This document shows positions 50,814 through 62,586 of a DNA stretch of 64,000 bases, piece after piece (position 1 is the stretch's first letter; each line of letters begins with the position of its first letter). The translations under genes and the position numbers were made by a program. Origin of the DNA: Bdellovibrionota bacterium (lineage in GTDB: Bacteria > Bdellovibrionota_C > UBA2361 > JAAYZI01); the NCBI GenBank assembly GCA_050950765.1, contig JBMNIF010000001.1:256001-320000 (forward strand). Reading direction: 5' to 3'. A model generated the notes under the pieces. It did not search any database. It was not told where the DNA came from and was given only the letters and a program-made list of their open reading frames with translations.

Positions 50814-51769
50814 ATAAAAAAGTTATCTACTCTCTTATTTTCTTAGGCATCTTTGGTGGATGTGCTTCTAAAACGGAGCATACACCACCGACCTTGCCGT
50901 CTTTAGCATATTCGCAGTGGGCGAAGGATCAGGAAGCTGGACAAGTTATCATGCGCCAAAATGAGATGAAGGTTGCGGAAGTAAGAGAAGCTTCCTTAAA
51001 CAGCGCAGCTCGTGCGCAACTTAGATTAGTTAATGATTCTCTTGAAAAAGATACTGCACCGCTAGCATTTAATGATACAGAAGATAGCGACTATATCACG
51101 AATGAAGGTATGAATCTTCCCTCTGATGTAGAAATGAGAGCAAGCACAACCTCCCAGACCAGACCGTATCGAGGACCTCTCAGCTTGGGTAATCCTGGAA
51201 TATCGTCATCACTTTGGCAAGAAAGTCAACGTGGTGCCGAGTTGTTACGTGATGATAGAGCGTGGCAACCACTGGATCTAATAACGATTATTGTAACGGA
51301 AAGTGCAGAAGGTGCTAAAGAAGGTGATACAGAGGTAAAAAGCAAGTCTTCTGTCGCGGCTAAAGTCGGAGAGTGGTTGGGGATTATTGATAGTATCAAG
51401 AAACGCAACTCGCAGATCTCTGATGATGATGGAACGTTAGTTTCTGCATCAACTCAAAATGATTATAAAGGTGAGGGAGAAACAACCAGAAAGGATACCT
51501 TAAAAGCGAAGATCTCTGCTATGGTGGTGGAAGTTTTGCCTGGAAATATTTTGAGAATTGAAGGCGAAAAGATTATTGCACTTAATCAGGAAGAGCAAAC
51601 GATCGCTATATCGGGTCTCGTGAGACCCAAAGATATAAACTCCGCTAATGAAGTTGATTCTTCTAAGATTGCTAATTTAAGGATCGATTACTACGGACGG
51701 GGCGTTGTATCTGAAGCGCAGTATGGTGGTTGGTTTACCCGTTTGATGAGGGTGTTATGGCCATTTTAA
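50810..51769 (+). CDS. flgH: flagellar L-ring protein FlgH
   Basis: Lipobox FGGC; DDRA...DLITI, GLVRPKDI...N.VDSSKIAN, C-terminal WPF. Confidence 0.94.
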   Translation: MNKKVIYSLIFLGIFGGCASKTEHTPPTLPSLAYSQWAKDQEAGQVIMRQNEMKVAEVREASLNSAARAQLRLVNDSLEKDTAPLAFNDTEDSDYITNEGMNLPSDVEMRASTTSQTRPYRGPLSLGNPGISSSLWQESQRGAELLRDDRAWQPLDLITIIVTESAEGAKEGDTEVKSKSSVAAKVGEWLGIIDSIKKRNSQISDDDGTLVSASTQNDYKGEGETTRKDTLKAKISAMVVEVLPGNILRIEGEKIIALNQEEQTIAISGLVRPKDINSANEVDSSKIANLRIDYYGRGVVSEAQYGGWFTRLMRVLWPF

Positions 51770-52875
51770 TGAAAAGATATAAATTACTATTCTCTCTTAT
51801 CTTACTGTGTAGCGTTTTCTCATTAGTTGAGACAGTAAACGCTGCTAGACTTAAAGATATCGCTGAGGTCGAAGGTGTGCGCGGAAATCAGCTTTACGGT
51901 TACGGTTTAGTGATCGGATTAAATGGAACTGGTGACGGCAGCAGCGTAGAGTTTACCACCAAGAGTTTGTCTAATATGATTGAGAAACTCGGAATCAAGG
52001 TAGATCCTGCACAAATTAAGGTAAAAAATGTAGCTTCCGTGATGGTAACTGCCACCTTGCCGCCATTTGCCAAATCGGGGAATAGTTTAGATGTTAATAT
52101 CTCATCATTAGGTGATGCCAAGAGCCTCTCCGGTGGAACTTTATTACTAACTCCGCTACGGGGTGTTGATGGTAATGTTTATGCGGCAGCACAAGGGCAG
52201 TTAACGGTCGGTGGCTTCTCTGTTTCAGCAGGAGATGATGCCGCAACGCAAAATCATCCTACTTCTGCTGTCATAGCAGGTGGTGCTATCGTTGAGCGGG
52301 CAATACCGTTTGATCTCTTTCAATCAAAGCGAGTGCGCATCATTTTACATGAGCCTGATTTTACAACTATGACACGAGTCGTGTCTGCAATTAATCAGGA
52401 GTTTAGAAGACCTTTGGCTGTTGCTGTGGATGGTGCTTCCGTAGAAATACCGTTAGCAGGACCATTGGCGAGGGATCCGATAGGGTTGGTGGCGCGTTTG
52501 GAGCAGGTTGAAGTCGAGCGGGATGTAGCTGCTAAAGTGGTTGTGAATGAACGGACAGGGACGGTAGTGATGGGCGCTAATGTTACGATAGGACGTGTGG
52601 CGTTAGCACACGGTAATCTGAACGTCACTATCAGCTCGGAAACTCAAGTCTCTCAACCTAATGAGTTGGCAGGTGGAAGTACTGCTATTATTAATAATCA
52701 AGATATTACAGTTGGTGAAGAGGAGAAAAAGCTTAGTTTCGTTGGTGGCAATGTTACCTTAGCAGAGGTAGTTGATGCTTTAAACTCTTTAGGAGCATCA
52801 CCACGAGATATGATTTCAATCTTTAATGCTTTAAAAATTGCTGGTGCTTTAAATGCTGAATTGGTAGTGATGTAA
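51769..52875 (+). CDS. flgI: flagellar P-ring protein FlgI
   Basis: RLKDIA.V.GVRGNQLYGYGLVIGLNGTGD, NERTGTVV, AGALNAEL; start set at ATG 51769. Confidence 0.97.
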   Translation: MKRYKLLFSLILLCSVFSLVETVNAARLKDIAEVEGVRGNQLYGYGLVIGLNGTGDGSSVEFTTKSLSNMIEKLGIKVDPAQIKVKNVASVMVTATLPPFAKSGNSLDVNISSLGDAKSLSGGTLLLTPLRGVDGNVYAAAQGQLTVGGFSVSAGDDAATQNHPTSAVIAGGAIVERAIPFDLFQSKRVRIILHEPDFTTMTRVVSAINQEFRRPLAVAVDGASVEIPLAGPLARDPIGLVARLEQVEVERDVAAKVVVNERTGTVVMGANVTIGRVALAHGNLNVTISSETQVSQPNELAGGSTAIINNQDITVGEEEKKLSFVGGNVTLAEVVDALNSLGASPRDMISIFNALKIAGALNAELVVM

Positions 52876-52889
52876 AAAAGGGAATTGTA

Positions 52890-53207
52890 ATGTCTAACGA
52901 TATAACACCTCTAGCTAAGATGAATTTAGGAGAAAGCTTAATAACGCAGAACTTGGGTAAAAGCTCTGCGGATGATGCTGCTGCTATGGAAGAGGCTGCG
53001 GAGCAGTTTGAGGCGGTTTTCGTGCAGCAGATGTTTAATTCTATGTGGAGTGCGCTACCGAATGGAGGCTTGTTAAGTGGCAGTAATGAAGAGTCGCTTT
53101 ACCGCGATATGTTTAATCAGGCCATTTCGGAAGAGTTAGCAAAGTCGCAACCACTTGGTATTAAAGATGTAATTTTAAAAGAGATGCAGAAAAATACAAA
53201 GGAGTAG
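52890..53207 (+). CDS. flgJ: FlgJ-like rod-binding protein (no muramidase domain)
   Basis: AAEQFEAVFVQQM..SM, YRDM, LGI; synteny. Confidence 0.88.
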   Translation: MSNDITPLAKMNLGESLITQNLGKSSADDAAAMEEAAEQFEAVFVQQMFNSMWSALPNGGLLSGSNEESLYRDMFNQAISEELAKSQPLGIKDVILKEMQKNTKE

Positions 53208-53362
53208 AGAATTTTTCACTAAAAAATAAGATCTTTATGTGTTATAAGATCCTTTTTTTGAAAAGAAAGCATCTTAATGTATAGGATTATGGAAGATCGC
53301 GTTAGTCGCAGGACGTGCTGGAAACGGCAAAATGCGCTTCTTTCGCTTAAAGGATTAAGCTA

Positions 53363-53698
53363 ATGGGAAACACAACAAGAGTAGAATCCGCAGATATTAA
53401 CTATCAGATCGAGCAAAATCGTCTTCGTTTAGAAGCTGAAAGAAACAGAACGGAGCAGAAAGGTCTTGCTGATGATAAAAATATAACTTCTGTAATTTCT
53501 TCAATATCTGATTCAACAGAATTGAGCCTTGCTAAGAAAATTCAAGAAGACTTAATCGGTGATAGATCCGAGAGAATCGCAGAGCTAAAAAAGAAGATTG
53601 AGAGTGGTACCTACCGAGTTGATTCTACAACCCTTGCAGAATCCCTTTCTTCCGCTCTTGATGAAGAGATCTTCTTTAGTAAATTAGGTAATGAATAA
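53363..53698 (+). CDS. flgM: anti-sigma28 factor FlgM
   Basis: RSERIAELKKKIESGTYRVD...LA. Confidence 0.9.
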   Translation: MGNTTRVESADINYQIEQNRLRLEAERNRTEQKGLADDKNITSVISSISDSTELSLAKKIQEDLIGDRSERIAELKKKIESGTYRVDSTTLAESLSSALDEEIFFSKLGNE

Positions 53699-53721
53699 GT
53701 CTTGTAACGGATGGGGGCTTT

Positions 53722-54237
53722 ATGGATGTTAATAGTGAGCTCTTTGTCGGACAACTGATATCGATATTACAGAAAGAGATCGAGCTTTATACGAAATATA
53801 CAGCCCTCCTAGAAGAGGAACGTCACTTTCTTGTGAAGTTTAAAGAGGAAAAAGTTAATGCCATCACAGCTAAAAGGATAGAGGTTTATAATAGCCTCGA
53901 AAGTTTGCAGAAAGAAAGAATGCAGCTGATGGAGTCGTTCCCTGATTGGCGCGGAAAAAAATTATACGATTTAGTTATAAAACATATGCACCATAAAAAC
54001 GCCAAACGCGTTTTGCCGTTAGTAACACAACTAAGAGAAGTGGTGAAGAAAACGGAAGCATCAGGTAAGCAACATTCACAAATTTTAAGTTTCAGCTTAC
54101 GCTCAATTCAAGGTGTGCTTTCTATCTTATGGTCAGCCACACAAACTGTTGTGAAATCATATAACAGCAAAGGGAAGATGCAGAACTCCTATCACCCCTC
54201 AGATTCACGTTCAGCTGGGGTTTTAAAACAGGCATAA
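53722..54237 (+). CDS. flgN: flagellar export chaperone FlgN
   Basis: Helical protein after flgM with C-terminal SYNSKG motif. Confidence 0.78.
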   Translation: MDVNSELFVGQLISILQKEIELYTKYTALLEEERHFLVKFKEEKVNAITAKRIEVYNSLESLQKERMQLMESFPDWRGKKLYDLVIKHMHHKNAKRVLPLVTQLREVVKKTEASGKQHSQILSFSLRSIQGVLSILWSATQTVVKSYNSKGKMQNSYHPSDSRSAGVLKQA

Positions 54238-54258
54238 TGTAAATTAAAAAGCGCCTTG

Positions 54259-55419
54259 TTACTTTAATAGTTCTAAGGCTAGTTTAGCGGTGCGTTCGGC
54301 TGAGGTTTCAGAAGAGTCACGTACTGTCAGACGATCTTTTACGATCTGAATCTTTTCTTTAAAAACTTTTACAGCTTGCGGATCTGTTAGGTATGGTAAA
54401 AGTGTGGCGGCAATACGTTCTGGGGATGCTGCTTTTTGTAAAAGCTCCGTCACAACCTCCTCTCCTGCAATTAAGTTCGGTAGTGAAAACCACTTGATGT
54501 GACGAACCAGTAAACGCCCTATAAAGTAACTAAGAGGTGTCGCTTTATAAACAACTACAAAAGGTGCGCCTACTAAGGCAGCTTCAAGGCAAGCCGTCCC
54601 TGAAGTAACTAAGGTTGCGTCAGCAGCCTTAAGAACGGCATCAGCTTGCTGTTCTATAACAATAATTTTTTTGTTATCTATAAAACTCTCCACAAAAGAC
54701 CTCTCGAGCCCTACTGCCAACGGAATTAGAGCTTGCAAGGTCGGTACCTCTTGAGTCATCTTTTCAAAAGCTTCTAGCATGGTCGGTAGAATACGAGTAA
54801 TTTCAATCTTTCTACTCCCTGGTAGTATCGCCAAGACAGGCTCTTTTGGATTTAAACCGTTTTCATTTAAAAAAACATCACGATCGAAAGAGTCAGCAGA
54901 TCCTTTTTTGATAAAATCATCTAATAACGGATGACCTAAATATTCTGCATCCACTCTGTGTAGACGGTAGAAATCCTCCTCAAAAGGTAAAATCGGCACC
55001 ATAGTAGTAACGTATTTTTTAATCTGTTTAATACGTCCTCTCCGCCACGCCCAAACTTGTGGACTGATGTAGTACATAACAGGGATGCCAAAAGAGTGCA
55101 GCCGCTCAGCTAGACGGAGATTAAAATCAGGAAAGTCTGTTAAGATAGCTAAAGCAGGTTTGCGTTGTTTCGCTTCAAAACACAATTTGTTAAAAGCTGC
55201 TAAAATAGTGTTAAGCTTTGTAGCGACTTCAAGGAAGCCCATAACGGAGGCGTCTTTTTCTGAATCGATAATCGTTTCAACACCGGCAGATCTAAGTGCT
55301 GAGCCGCCCATACCGAAAAGATGGAGATCTTGACGGAGTGATTTTAAGGCACGCGCCACACGCGCTGCGTGCATATCACCTGAAACTTCTCCTGCTACAA
55401 TAAGGATCTCTGTTGTCAT
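54259..55419 (-). CDS. lpxB: lipid-A-disaccharide synthase
   Basis: AGEVSGD, DFPDFN, YISPQVWAWR, LPFE, GHPL, LPGSR, SGTACLE, LPNL. Confidence 0.97.
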   Translation of the reverse strand: MTTEILIVAGEVSGDMHAARVARALKSLRQDLHLFGMGGSALRSAGVETIIDSEKDASVMGFLEVATKLNTILAAFNKLCFEAKQRKPALAILTDFPDFNLRLAERLHSFGIPVMYYISPQVWAWRRGRIKQIKKYVTTMVPILPFEEDFYRLHRVDAEYLGHPLLDDFIKKGSADSFDRDVFLNENGLNPKEPVLAILPGSRKIEITRILPTMLEAFEKMTQEVPTLQALIPLAVGLERSFVESFIDNKKIIVIEQQADAVLKAADATLVTSGTACLEAALVGAPFVVVYKATPLSYFIGRLLVRHIKWFSLPNLIAGEEVVTELLQKAASPERIAATLLPYLTDPQAVKVFKEKIQIVKDRLTVRDSSETSAERTAKLALELLK

Positions 55420-55634
55420 AGCTTAAAATCATTATCAGTTTTTAAAGTTTATTATCTGAACCTTTTAAGTGTATGCTTTAAGAGCGATAATCAAAAGGGT
55501 AAAAATGTACCTTTTTTGGTAGTAGCCATTTTAAATACTTCTCAGAAAACGATTAAATATGTATAGTCTTCGAGGTTAACGTTCGGCGTGGCGTGCAACT
55601 TAAATATGCGTAAATTTTTTAGTGGTGATCTTTT

Positions 55635-56243
55635 ATGACAGAGACAAAGGAAAATTTAGGTCGATTTATTGCAAAATTACAGGAAGAAGGGGTTGAGAAA
55701 GGACACGCTGAAGCAGAAAAGATTAAAGCTGCTGCCACAGAAGCAGCCAGTCAGATCATTGCTACTGCCAAAGCAGAGGCAGAAAAAATTTTAGCAGATG
55801 CTTCAAAAAAAGGAGAGGCGCGCTTGCAGCAAGCGCAGGTAGAACTCAACTTGGCGGCGCGTGATACAGTGCTCAATTTAAAACAATCTATCGCAAAAAT
55901 GGTTGAAGCTATTCTGCGCGGAAGTGTTGAGAATCGTTTAAAGGATCCTGCTTTTGTCGGCGATCTGATTAAGAACGTTGTCTCTCAATACGTTCAGGCT
56001 GATGCACAAGGAAAGGAGTGTGTTGTAACGGTTCAAAGAGGTCTTTTAGATACGTTAAAAAATTCAGTTATGGCAGAGTTATCAGCAGGTACTACCTTTG
56101 TTGGTGGTTTAAGTGAAGCTGGTTTTGAGTTCACCTCACTTTCCGGAACCGTAGAGATAACACCTGACTCCATCGCTGAAGTGCTTGCAAAATATGTGAA
56201 TGTAGATCTGCAAGAGGCTATCGCAGCTGCGGTGCAGGAATAA
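55635..56243 (+). CDS. V-type ATPase subunit E
   Basis: KLQEEGVEKG...A-rich coiled coil, AARD; first gene of the V-ATPase operon. Confidence 0.85.
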   Translation: MTETKENLGRFIAKLQEEGVEKGHAEAEKIKAAATEAASQIIATAKAEAEKILADASKKGEARLQQAQVELNLAARDTVLNLKQSIAKMVEAILRGSVENRLKDPAFVGDLIKNVVSQYVQADAQGKECVVTVQRGLLDTLKNSVMAELSAGTTFVGGLSEAGFEFTSLSGTVEITPDSIAEVLAKYVNVDLQEAIAAAVQE

Positions 56244-56269
56244 ATTTCTGGTGGCTGGGGGATTATTAA

Positions 56270-56992
56270 ATGACGAGTCTTAATTATAATCTTTTAGCAA
56301 CTTTGCCAGTTCTTGGTGATCTTGGGACTCTACCCAGCCTCTCTGTGCAGGAATATCTTCAAATTATCTCAGAAAATCGCCGCGTGACGCGGCATTTTTG
56401 TATTATCGCATTAGGTGATGATTTAAGGCGACGTTCTGAAATTTTGCTTATGAATTCAGAAGCAATTAAAGACCTTCTTGTTTTAGATCCTACTACTATT
56501 CAAAACACGGATTGTATACTGCCGTTCTTTTCACAATCCATTCAGAAACGATTTGCTGCGGATCTTGATGATTACAAGATATTTGAGCTTTTCTTTAAGA
56601 TGGCAGCGGCGCAAGGAGAAGAGGATAAGGGAGACTTTTTAACAGCGTGGGTTGCCTTTGAGATCGCTTTACGCAATGTCTTGGCAGATCTGAGAGCAGA
56701 AAAATTGAAGGTTGCTGCTCCGCACCATCTTTTGCCGGAACTTTCTGATGAGGGAAGTTTTGATAGAAATGAAATTGCAACGGAGTTTCTAGCAGCAGAA
56801 AATCCGTTAAAGGTTGATGCAGTATTGACCCGTGTGCGTTGGGAATGGCTCTCGGAGCATGATAATTGGTTTCTTTTTACGGATGATGAAGTGCTTGCTT
56901 ACGGTGTAAAACTTTTGGAGCTGCACCGTCAATATCGTTTACTACATGGAACGCCTGTGGCGAGTAATGTGTTTTTTACGCCTGTTCAATAG
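56270..56992 (+). CDS. V-type ATPase-associated protein (DUF2764 / subunit C-like)
   Basis: Y.LLATLP.L, W..FE..LRN, F..D.VLAY..KL; positioned between E and A. Confidence 0.75.
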   Translation: MTSLNYNLLATLPVLGDLGTLPSLSVQEYLQIISENRRVTRHFCIIALGDDLRRRSEILLMNSEAIKDLLVLDPTTIQNTDCILPFFSQSIQKRFAADLDDYKIFELFFKMAAAQGEEDKGDFLTAWVAFEIALRNVLADLRAEKLKVAAPHHLLPELSDEGSFDRNEIATEFLAAENPLKVDAVLTRVRWEWLSEHDNWFLFTDDEVLAYGVKLLELHRQYRLLHGTPVASNVFFTPVQ

Positions 56993-57002
56993 GAGGTTAA
57001 GG

Positions 57003-58727
57003 GTGGAGGGGAAAATTGTTGGTTTAACAGGTAATATCGTTGCTGTTGAGACGGAAGAGAAGATTCTTCAAAATGGTATTGCGTATTGCCGTAGATCTGA
57101 TGGAGCAATGTTACTTTCAGAGGTGCTTCGAGTACGGGGTAAACGTGCAGACCTGCAAGTTTTTGAAGAGACGGCTGGATTGCGAGTTGGGGATACCGTT
57201 GAGTTTAGAGACGAGCTTCTTTCTATAACGTTAGGACCGGGATTATTAGGGCGTGTCTATGATGGTCTACAAAACCCGTTAAAAGAGTTGGCAGATGAGG
57301 TCGGATTCTTTTTAAAGGCTGGTACATATCTTGAGGGGCTTTCAACATCAACGCTTTGGATCTTTACCCCTTCTAGAATAGAAGGTGAGATAGTTCGTGC
57401 CGGAGATTCTTTGGGGAGTGTGCCGGAAGGGATCTTCGAACACCAGATTATGGTGCCGTTCGGTTTGAAAGGGGAGTACACCATAGAAAAGATCGTACCA
57501 GCGGGAGAGTATAACGTTACACAAGAGATCGCTATTCTCTCTAATGGTAGCGAACGAGTTTCAGTTTCGATGCAGCAGCGTTGGCCCGTTAAAGTGCCAC
57601 TTAATATCTCAAAAAGGCGGCTACTTCCTATTGAGCCGTTAGTAACTGGTATTCGCATTATTGATTCATTATTTCCTGTTGTACGAGGTGGAACGTATTG
57701 TATCCCTGGACCTTTCGGTGCTGGTAAAACAGTTTTGCAACAATTAACTTCTCGTTATGCCGATGTTGATGTTGTGATCGTTGCTGCTTGTGGTGAGCGT
57801 GCTGGTGAGGTGGTTGAGATGTTGCGTGACTTTCCTGAATTGCTAGATCCACGCACAGGGCGGAGTTTGATGGAGAGGACTATTATTATCTGCAACACCT
57901 CTGCTATGCCTGTTGCAGCGCGTGAAGCCTCAATTTATACAGCGGCAACTCTCGCTGAGTATTACAGACAGATGGGGTTACACGTTTTAATGTTAGCTGA
58001 TTCAACTTCTCGTTGGGCTCAAGCGATGCGTGAAATCTCTGGAAGGTTAGAAGAGATCCCTGGTGAAGAGGCGTTCCCCGCTTACTTAGAGAGTCGTATT
58101 GCTAGCTTTTATGAACGCGCTGGTGATATCGAGTTGAAAGATGGACGACGTGCATCTCTTACAATTGGAGGCACGGTTAGTCCTGCTGGAGGTAACTTTG
58201 AAGAGCCTGTTACGCAAAGTACTTTGAAGGTGGTTGGCGCTTTTCACGGACTCTCAAGAGCAAGAAGTGATGCTAGACGGTATCCTGCTATCGATCCTTT
58301 AGAGTCGTGGAGTAAATATGTAGGGTTAATTGATCCTAAAAAAGTGCGGAGCATTAGAGAGCTTTTAAAGCGTGGTAATGAAGTTGATCAGATGATGGCA
58401 GTTGTTGGTGAAGAGGGTACTAACATTGAAGATTTTACCATCTCTTTAAAAGCGGAGTTCTTTGATAAGTGTTATCTGCAGCAAAATGCTTTTGATGATG
58501 TGGATGCTTCTACTCCGGCTAAACGACAAAAGATGGTTTTTGATAAATTGCTAGAGGTTGTTAACCTTGATTTTGCCTTTGAGGATAAAGATGAAGCACG
58601 CAAAATTATGTTTATAGTGTCGGATCTCTTTAGAAACTGGAATTATGCGCCTTTTGAAAGTGCGGAGTTTAACAAAATACTTGGTGATATCGATGCCTGT
58701 ATAGCTACACGTGGGAGGCAGGAATAA
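57003..58727 (+). CDS. atpA: V-type ATPase subunit A
   Basis: [39 protein letters not shown] start after AGGAGG. Confidence 0.97.
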   Translation: MEGKIVGLTGNIVAVETEEKILQNGIAYCRRSDGAMLLSEVLRVRGKRADLQVFEETAGLRVGDTVEFRDELLSITLGPGLLGRVYDGLQNPLKELADEVGFFLKAGTYLEGLSTSTLWIFTPSRIEGEIVRAGDSLGSVPEGIFEHQIMVPFGLKGEYTIEKIVPAGEYNVTQEIAILSNGSERVSVSMQQRWPVKVPLNISKRRLLPIEPLVTGIRIIDSLFPVVRGGTYCIPGPFGAGKTVLQQLTSRYADVDVVIVAACGERAGEVVEMLRDFPELLDPRTGRSLMERTIIICNTSAMPVAAREASIYTAATLAEYYRQMGLHVLMLADSTSRWAQAMREISGRLEEIPGEEAFPAYLESRIASFYERAGDIELKDGRRASLTIGGTVSPAGGNFEEPVTQSTLKVVGAFHGLSRARSDARRYPAIDPLESWSKYVGLIDPKKVRSIRELLKRGNEVDQMMAVVGEEGTNIEDFTISLKAEFFDKCYLQQNAFDDVDASTPAKRQKMVFDKLLEVVNLDFAFEDKDEARKIMFIVSDLFRNWNYAPFESAEFNKILGDIDACIATRGRQE

Positions 58728-58728
58728 G

Positions 58729-60030
58729 ATGAGAAAATATTTTGATGAGATCTTGCAGATTAGTGGTAATGTCGTAACGGTGCGCGCCCCTGGTGTGGCT
58801 TATAATGAATTGGCGATGGTGATTTCAGATCACGGCTCCTCTTTGGCACAAGTAATTCAGTTGCAAGGTGACTTGGCGACGTTACAGGTCTTTCAAGGAT
58901 CGCGCGGGCTTTCAACGAGAGATCGTGTTAGATTTTTCGGTCGGCAGATGGAGTTCCCGTTCGGTGAGATGTTGCTGGGGCGTATCTTTGACGGCTCGGG
59001 ACAGCCGCGAGATGGGAAACCTGAAGTTGAAGGCGAATCTATTGTATTAGGTTCTCCTGCCGTAAATCCTGCCAAGCGTCTAATGCCTAATAAGATGGTA
59101 CGTACCGGTATCCCAATGATTGATGTTTTTAATTCATTGGTAGAGTCTCAAAAGCTTCCGATATTTTCCGTAGCGGGTGAGCCGTATAATGAGCTTTTAG
59201 CACGTGTCGGATTGCAGGCGAATGCAGATATTATCTTGTTAGGTGGGATCGGGCTTAGGCATGATGATTATCTTAAGTTTAGAAATGCTTTTGAGCAGGG
59301 CGGAGTTTTAGGTAGGTCTATTATGTTTTTGCATACGGCAGCAGATCCTGTTGTGGAAGCTCTGCTGGTGCCGGATCTCTGTTTGGCTGTTGGTGAACAG
59401 TTTGCTTTGCAGGGGAAAAAAGTTTTAGTGCTTCTTTCTGATATGACCTCTTTTGCAGATGCTTTAAAAGAGATCGCAATTATTATGGGGCAGGTGCCTT
59501 CTAATCGTGGTTATCCTGGAGATCTTTATACGCAGTTAGCGAGGCGTTATGAGAAAGCTGTTGATTTTGATGGCGCCGGATCTATGACGTTATTAACGTG
59601 CACGACGCTCCCAGGTGATGATGTTACTCATCCTGTGCCTGATAATACGGGGTATATTACTGAAGGGCAGTTCTATCTCCGTAACGGTCGTATTGAACCT
59701 TTCGGATCTCTCTCTCGATTAAAGCAGCAGGTGAACGGCAAGACTAGAAACGATCATAGAGCGATTATGGATGGTTGTATTCAGTTGTATGCGTTGTGTA
59801 AAGAGAGTCGTGAAAAACGGGATATGGGGTTTGAACTTTCTGAGTGGGATGCAAAATTGTTGAAATACGGGGAGAAATTCGAAGATGAGATTATGGATCT
59901 CTCCGTTAATATTCCGTTGGAAGAGGCGCTTGATCTGTGTTGGAGGATCTTAGCTGAATGTTTTTCACCGGAAGAAACAGGTATTCGTAGAAATCTGATT
60001 GAAGAGCATTGGTTGAAGACGGCGTGCTAA
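58729..60030 (+). CDS. atpB: V-type ATPase subunit B
   Basis: [39 protein letters not shown]. Confidence 0.97.
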   Translation: MRKYFDEILQISGNVVTVRAPGVAYNELAMVISDHGSSLAQVIQLQGDLATLQVFQGSRGLSTRDRVRFFGRQMEFPFGEMLLGRIFDGSGQPRDGKPEVEGESIVLGSPAVNPAKRLMPNKMVRTGIPMIDVFNSLVESQKLPIFSVAGEPYNELLARVGLQANADIILLGGIGLRHDDYLKFRNAFEQGGVLGRSIMFLHTAADPVVEALLVPDLCLAVGEQFALQGKKVLVLLSDMTSFADALKEIAIIMGQVPSNRGYPGDLYTQLARRYEKAVDFDGAGSMTLLTCTTLPGDDVTHPVPDNTGYITEGQFYLRNGRIEPFGSLSRLKQQVNGKTRNDHRAIMDGCIQLYALCKESREKRDMGFELSEWDAKLLKYGEKFEDEIMDLSVNIPLEEALDLCWRILAECFSPEETGIRRNLIEEHWLKTAC

Positions 60031-60064
60031 AGTTTTTAGATCGGATCATGAGGTTGATTAGGTA

Positions 60065-60679
60065 ATGGCGCAACGATTGAATTTAACAAGACCTGAATTA
60101 AAGAGACAACGAGATCTACTACGTCGCTTCTCTCATTATCTGCCGATGCTAAAGTTGAAGTTGCAGATCTTACAGGTTGCTCTGCAAAAAACAGAAGCAC
60201 AATTCTTAAAAATACAAGATGAACTCTCTCTCTTGGAGACTCGCTTTAAAACGTATTCCACAATTATTAGAGAATGCAGCGGCGTGAATTTAGCGGCAGC
60301 GGTTAAGCCTTCTGAAATTAGGAAAGGTTATGAAAATATCGGCGGTGTTGAGGTGCCGTATTTTGAACAGGTTATTTTTGATCCAATAGAGTATGATCTT
60401 TTTGAAACTCCGGCTTGGGTTGATGGTGCTATACTTGATCTAAGGGAGTTTTCCGCTCTGCACGCTACGGAAGTGGTTCTGCATCAACGTTATGATATCT
60501 TAAAAAAAGAGTTAGCAAGGGCTTTACAACGGGTAAATCTTTTTGAAAAGGTCAAAATTCCAGCGGCGCAGGAAGCTATTAGAAGGATAAGAATTCAATT
60601 GGGTGATGAGATGGCAGCGGCTGTTGCTAGAGCTAAGGCGGCTAAAGCTAAGATTACGCAACGGGTGGATTATGATTGA
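60065..60679 (+). CDS. atpD: V-type ATPase subunit D
   Basis: YLPMLKLK, ENIGGVEVP, QRVNLFEKVKIP. Confidence 0.95.
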   Translation: MAQRLNLTRPELKRQRDLLRRFSHYLPMLKLKLQILQVALQKTEAQFLKIQDELSLLETRFKTYSTIIRECSGVNLAAAVKPSEIRKGYENIGGVEVPYFEQVIFDPIEYDLFETPAWVDGAILDLREFSALHATEVVLHQRYDILKKELARALQRVNLFEKVKIPAAQEAIRRIRIQLGDEMAAAVARAKAAKAKITQRVDYD

Positions 60680-62585
60680 ACCGATGTTAAAGATTTTCAT
60701 AGTGGCACGTTTCTCCGATAAGAAAGCTCTTGTCGCTGATCTGGGCAAGACGGGGGTTGTGCAACTGATCCCATTCGGAGAGGTAGAGAGTGAAGATCGC
60801 AAAAGTTTAGCGAAGCGATTAGAAGACCATGAAAAAGCTCTGAAAATTATTCAAACTTTGGAGCCTCTTAAAAAATCTGGCGTGGTTTCTGTTGAAAGTG
60901 TAGCGGATGAGATCTTAAGAAACAGTGCAGAAGTAGAGGTGTTGCAGAAAAATATAGATCTTTTAGAAGAGTCTTTAAAATCTCAAGAATTATGGGGAGA
61001 TCTTTCGCTACGAGATATTGAGAAGCTTAAAGGTGCTGGAGTAGAGGTTAGATTTTTTCGAATACCCTTTAAGACACCTCTTGATCTTCAAGGCGATGCA
61101 GTCGCTGATTGCGGAGCGCTTGATAAGACTTCAAAACTTCTCTTGGTAGTGAATCCTAAAGAACCGCTTCCGCAAGGTGTGCAAGAGTTGGTAGCGCCTG
61201 AAAAAGATAAGGCGTCTTTAGAGGCAGAGTTACTTGAAGCTCGTTCGAAGTTAGTTGAAGTTAAGGAGCGCTTAAGTGCTCTCGCTAATACGAAGGATGA
61301 CCTTTTACAAAAAGTTGAAGTTTTAAAAAATCGTTTAGCTTTTCAAAATGCCTTAGATGGTGGGCTAGGTGAAGGGGAGTTTTTTGCATTAAGTGGTTGG
61401 GTGCCTGCTAAAAAACAGGGGGTGGTTAAAGATCTATTACTTTCAAAAGATTGCTTCTATTACTTTGAGAAGCCGCAAGAAGATGAAGAGCCACCTGTTT
61501 TAATTACATATCCGAGATGGGCGCAGTCCATAGCTGGACTTTTTGATGCTTTAAATGTTGTGCCTGGTTATAGAGAGCCTGATATCTCTACTTATTTTAT
61601 GATTTTTTTACCGATCTTTGTAGCAATTATTATCGGGGATGCTGGTTATGGTTTTACACTGTTTGCCTTAGGAGTAATTTTCCGTAAAAAGATGTTGCAG
61701 GCAGCAGGGAAAGATAAGGTCGATTTATTATTTATCTTAAGTATTGTTACGATCATTTACGGCATATTATTCGGTTCGTACTTTGGATTTAGTCCGTTAG
61801 ATCTAGCTGATGCGGGAGGGTTTTCAGTCTATAACGGGACGGAGCTAGATGTCACAGCTACTATTAACGCTATGCAGAACGGGGAAGGGTTTGTAGCGTC
61901 CTTAGGGAGTATTATAACGTCTGCAGCGTTGTTGTGGAAACCGAGCGCTGATGGCTTTAGAAATCTTTTAACGGTGATTAGCTTTATCTTAGGGTGTAGC
62001 CACTTGGTGCTAGCACATCTGGTGCAAGTTATGAAACTTTTCCCATCGCAAGAAGCTTTGGCAGAGTTGGGATGGGCGATCTTTATCTGCGGTATGTTCG
62101 GTATTGTTTGGGGATTGTTTTTGCCGGATCGTCCTTTTATCGTTGGACAAAGTGGCGTTATCTTTATGCTTGCAAGTGGAGCACTCTTATCTGCCTGCTT
62201 TTCATGTCCGAATAGATCTTGGTTGGGGAGTAGGGTGCCTTGTGGTGTAGCAAGTTGTGCCTTATCTTGGATCGGAGCCTTCTCGGATATGGTGAGTTAT
62301 ATCCGTTTAATGGCAGTTGGATTATCCAGTTATTATATCACATCAATTGTAAATTTATTAGCAACAAAAACTTTTGAAGCGATGCCTGAAGTGGTTAGTG
62401 CGGGGATCGGTTTTGCGATTATCTTTATCGTTGGACATACTTTTAATATAGTGTTGGCGATGATCTCTATTTTGGCACACGGGGTGCGCTTAAATATGCT
62501 TGAATTTTCAAATAATGCCGGAGTGCAGTGGAGTGGAGTGAGTTATTCTCCATTTGTGCTACTTCGATCTAAAGGAGAATTGTAA
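60672..62585 (+). CDS. atpI: V-type ATPase subunit I (a)
   Basis: GWVP, PGYRE.D, GDAGYG, D.VSYIRLMAVG, HGVRLNMLEF. Confidence 0.95.
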   Translation: MIEPMLKIFIVARFSDKKALVADLGKTGVVQLIPFGEVESEDRKSLAKRLEDHEKALKIIQTLEPLKKSGVVSVESVADEILRNSAEVEVLQKNIDLLEESLKSQELWGDLSLRDIEKLKGAGVEVRFFRIPFKTPLDLQGDAVADCGALDKTSKLLLVVNPKEPLPQGVQELVAPEKDKASLEAELLEARSKLVEVKERLSALANTKDDLLQKVEVLKNRLAFQNALDGGLGEGEFFALSGWVPAKKQGVVKDLLLSKDCFYYFEKPQEDEEPPVLITYPRWAQSIAGLFDALNVVPGYREPDISTYFMIFLPIFVAIIIGDAGYGFTLFALGVIFRKKMLQAAGKDKVDLLFILSIVTIIYGILFGSYFGFSPLDLADAGGFSVYNGTELDVTATINAMQNGEGFVASLGSIITSAALLWKPSADGFRNLLTVISFILGCSHLVLAHLVQVMKLFPSQEALAELGWAIFICGMFGIVWGLFLPDRPFIVGQSGVIFMLASGALLSACFSCPNRSWLGSRVPCGVASCALSWIGAFSDMVSYIRLMAVGLSSYYITSIVNLLATKTFEAMPEVVSAGIGFAIIFIVGHTFNIVLAMISILAHGVRLNMLEFSNNAGVQWSGVSYSPFVLLRSKGEL

Positions 62586-62586
62586 T

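Noticed and set aside
53290..53345. Riboswitch (c-di-GMP) before flgM
   Set aside because: A hairpin with a GAAA tetraloop is present, but I cannot match the full consensus; needs an Rfam scan
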